Assembly: GCA_965227515.1 (NCBI GenBank)
Contig: CBDDFZ010000002.1
Span: forward strand, 448,001-512,000
DNA: 64,000 bases
Direction: 5' to 3'
Source: Alphaproteobacteria bacterium
GTDB taxonomy: Bacteria; Pseudomonadota; Alphaproteobacteria; CALKHQ01
Below, one piece after another: positions 61,246 through 64,000 of this stretch (position 1 is its first letter; every line of letters starts with the position of its first letter). The notes beneath the pieces were generated by a model. That model was not told where the DNA came from and made no database searches. It saw only the letters and a program-made list of their open reading frames with translations. The position numbers were made by a program, and so were the translations under genes.

Positions 61246-63336
61246 TCAGGGCAGGGCGTCGAGCGGAATCGGGTAGACGGCATCGCCCGGCACAACGCCA
61301 CCATCCAGTTCGATCCAGCGGTCGACGTCGTTGTGATAGGCCTCATAGAGCCGGATCTTGGCCTCGATCTCGTCGATGAACGCCTGCTGCTCGCCGACGC
61401 TCCAGCTCAGCCAAAGATCCTGGTCGATGCTCATGATCTTAGATTCGTACGGCAGCCCTTCCAGATACTCGCCGATCAGGCCCAGGTCGGCCAGATTGCG
61501 CGCCTCTTCGCTGCCGACCAGGGTCGGATCGCGGCTCAGCGCCAGGGCGGCGCTGCGCAATTCCTCGAAGAAGGTCGACGGGGTGATCTGGCCGACGCGC
61601 GCGGCCTCGACCACCGATTTCAGCACTTCCTGAAGGTCGCTGAGCTGGTTCTTGGACAGCAGCACCCGCACGTTCAGCGCGGTGACGCTGGGGTTGTCGA
61701 AGTCGCGGTCCGCCGCCCAGGCGCGGAACACGCTCGGCGCCTCGGTCTGTTGCTCGCGGCCCAGATAGGCCAGCAGCATGGCCTGGCCGACCACCTGGGT
61801 GTCGTCGGTGATGCGGAAGATCGGATCCTCCGAGTTGCGCACCGGTGGCGGCTGGTCGAGCGGCTGGTCGGGTGGCTGATCCCCGGGGCCGAAAGCGGCC
61901 GCGGCATCGGTCACCTGCCCGGCCAGCGCCTGGCTCAGGGTCTCCACCACGGCGGTGAACTGGGCCAGATTGCCGGCGGCGACCGGGTAGTAGAGCGCCT
62001 GGGCGAGGCCCGGGAAGGTCGACAGCACGGTGTACTGCGCGGCGGCGTCCTCGTGGTCCTCGGCGCCGACGTCGGTCAGCAGGTGCAGCGTATAGATCGC
62101 GATCTCGCGGTCGCGGGCGAGCTGGCGCACCTGCTCGGCATCGAGGCCGGTGCTGCTCAGGCTATCGCTGCCACGGCGCGCGCCGGCATCGGTGATCAGC
62201 ACCACATAGCGGCCGCCGAACTCGTCCCACTGCATGTCGTCGATCGCGGTCACCAGGCCGGCATAGGCATCCTCGACGAAGCCCTCGCTGGAGACGTTGG
62301 CCGGCGAGACCGAGGCGACGTTGTCGAAAAACGCCACCGGGTCGGCGCCTTCCTCCAGGTCGGCGAACACCCGCGCGACATAGTTCAGGCCGGGCACGGC
62401 ATCGGTGTTGTCGCGATATCCGACCAGCCCGAACGCGACCCTGCCCAGCAGGCCCGCCGCTTCCATCTGCTGGTAGATCGAGCGCACGGTCTCGCGCGTC
62501 CGGTCGATGTAGGGACCCATCGAGGTGGTGGTGTCGATGACGAACACGATGCCGGCCTTGAAGTCCTCCAGCAGCGCGTCGCGGTCGGGCGGTGGCGGGG
62601 CGGTTTCCTCCGGCACGTCCTTGGGCAGGGTGACCGACGCGATCTGCAGCAGGCGGGTGGTGAACCCGCTCTCCATGTACACTTCCTCGGCGGTGATGAT
62701 CGGCAGCAGATAGAACTGCTCGCGGAGGTCAACATAGGTGTCCGGCTCGGTCGAGATGACCGGGAAGTCGGGACCGAAGCTGCCGTTCTCCACCAGCGTG
62801 CGCAGGGCATCGAGCTGCGCACCGGGCTCGGGGCCGGTCGCGATCTCGGCCAGGCTTTCGCGGTCGTCGAAGAACAGCACCGGGTCGCGATTGGCCGGGT
62901 TGGCGAAGGCCACCGTCATGTTGGTGTCCCAGCGCACGGTGTGGTCGCGCTGCACCCAGCCGGTCGTGGTGCCGTTGCTCGATGCGCCGACCTCCAGCCA
63001 GATGCTGCCGTCGCCGGTCTGCTCGGCCTCGTAGACGTAGTAGACGGTGAACGGCGGCACCGGGGCGACCACGATGTCGGCATTCTCGTCGGGGGAGGCG
63101 CGCACGACCGCCTCCGGCCGGGTCAGCACCCGCTGGTAGAGCGTGGTCTTGCCGTCCAGCAGCAAGGGCGTGCGGTCCTGCGCCGACGCGACGCCGCCCA
63201 GCATCGCCGAGATCATGCTCAGGCATATGACCGCCAGCACCCAGCGCCAGGCGGCCCGGCGCAGCGCGTGCGGCAGGCCCAGGCGCCTGTGCGGTCCAGC
63301 GGCGGGTCGGTTCATCATCGGATCGTCTTGGCGCAT
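61246..63336 (-). CDS. Exported vWA-domain protein resembling the PpkA periplasmic region, without a kinase domain
   Basis: Signal peptide; PLLLDGKTTLYQRVLTRP; MIDAS-like VIDTTTSMGPYID, VGYRD, LITDAG. Start uncertain (63315-63363). Confidence 0.8.
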   Translation of the reverse strand: MRQDDPMMNRPAAGPHRRLGLPHALRRAAWRWVLAVICLSMISAMLGGVASAQDRTPLLLDGKTTLYQRVLTRPEAVVRASPDENADIVVAPVPPFTVYYVYEAEQTGDGSIWLEVGASSNGTTTGWVQRDHTVRWDTNMTVAFANPANRDPVLFFDDRESLAEIATGPEPGAQLDALRTLVENGSFGPDFPVISTEPDTYVDLREQFYLLPIITAEEVYMESGFTTRLLQIASVTLPKDVPEETAPPPPDRDALLEDFKAGIVFVIDTTTSMGPYIDRTRETVRSIYQQMEAAGLLGRVAFGLVGYRDNTDAVPGLNYVARVFADLEEGADPVAFFDNVASVSPANVSSEGFVEDAYAGLVTAIDDMQWDEFGGRYVVLITDAGARRGSDSLSSTGLDAEQVRQLARDREIAIYTLHLLTDVGAEDHEDAAAQYTVLSTFPGLAQALYYPVAAGNLAQFTAVVETLSQALAGQVTDAAAAFGPGDQPPDQPLDQPPPVRNSEDPIFRITDDTQVVGQAMLLAYLGREQQTEAPSVFRAWAADRDFDNPSVTALNVRVLLSKNQLSDLQEVLKSVVEAARVGQITPSTFFEELRSAALALSRDPTLVGSEEARNLADLGLIGEYLEGLPYESKIMSIDQDLWLSWSVGEQQAFIDEIEAKIRLYEAYHNDVDRWIELDGGVVPGDAVYPIPLDALP

Positions 63337-63421
63337 CGTTCTTCTCGGTCTGGTCCGTGGCACGGCGGCTGCACGGATGCGTCCATGTCGGGATCTGTCG
63401 GCAGAACCCCCGAAATCTAGT

Positions 63422-64000
63422 CTATGGCAGGCCGTTCAACAGCATCTCGGCGCCCGGCGCACCGTTCTCGGTGGCGCGCTCCAGCACTTCGCGTGCGGCC
63501 TCGAAATCCCCCTCGCCGATCAGCATCCGCCCCAGATTGACCAGGGCATCCAGATTGCCAGTGTCGGCCGACCTTTCATACCACGTCTGCGCCAGCGCCA
63601 CATTGGCTTGCAGCAGCGGGCTGGTCTCGCGGCTGAACGTCACCGGATCGTACATCTGCGCGACGGCCATCGCGGCACCCGGGTGCTGGCGCTCGGCGGC
63701 GTAGCGGAACACCAGGAACGCGGCATCGGTGAAGCCCTCGTCCAGGAATTCCAGGCCGCGCGCGAACGCGTCCTCGCCGCTGGGGTCGGTGGCGATGAAC
63801 TGGCGGGCCATCTCGCGGCCGGTCAGCTGCGGGCCTCGGTCGGCCTCGGCGTCCGGGTCCGGCAAACCTGCGTCAGCCACGTCCGTATCAGGCGCCTGCG
63901 GGTCTTCCCCAGTCGGATCGTCCTCGACCGGGTCGTCCTCAACCGGATTGTCCTCGGTGGGCTCGTCTTCGGGCTGATCGTCCTCGGCCAGCACCGGCGG
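63422..64000 (-). CDS. Sel1/TPR-repeat protein, C-terminal part (runs off the right edge)
   Basis: AFLVFRYAAERQHPGAAMAVAQMYDP...AQTWYERSADTG, preceded by an acidic Pro-rich linker. Confidence 0.7.
   Translation of the reverse strand, partial: PPVLAEDDQPEDEPTEDNPVEDDPVEDDPTGEDPQAPDTDVADAGLPDPDAEADRGPQLTGREMARQFIATDPSGEDAFARGLEFLDEGFTDAAFLVFRYAAERQHPGAAMAVAQMYDPVTFSRETSPLLQANVALAQTWYERSADTGNLDALVNLGRMLIGEGDFEAAREVLERATENGAPGAEMLLNGLP

Overview
High-GC alphaproteobacterial chromosomal window (Rhodospirillales/Rhizobiales-like gene set, inferred). Housekeeping backbone: mutL (partial), pgi, clpB, chorismate mutase-hisC-tyrC, metX, mscL, phoX and tRNA-Thr(TGT). Accessory content: (i) two tandem RTX Ca-binding protein genes with an identical ECF-like promoter and shared upstream box; (ii) two orphan effector-like cysteine protease genes (YopT/C58-like and caspase/clan CD-like); (iii) an AT-rich three-gene islet next to the 3' end of clpB (RelE/HigB-like toxin, XRE-HTH antitoxin with a long C-terminal tail, unknown coupled third gene) resembling a toxin-antitoxin-chaperone system with a third partner not recognisably SecB-like; (iv) a rearranged spermidine-synthase-like module whose membrane domain is fused to an SMP-30/gluconolactonase propeller; (v) a two-component system with EF-hand, cytochrome b561 and DUF2141 genes; (vi) after tRNA-Thr and an IS481 scar, a pyridine/N-heterocycle catabolic cluster (nicX-like, Mo-hydroxylase, formamidase-like hydrolase, LIV-type ABC transporter) followed by a TRAP transporter; (vii) at the right edge a TagRST-like ABC/FGE module with a kinase-less PpkA-type vWA protein and a Sel1/TPR gene. 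Several palindromic REP/MITE-like repeats occur, one of them nested. No CRISPR array or rRNA was seen. All family calls are from motif recognition by eye; no database searches were run.
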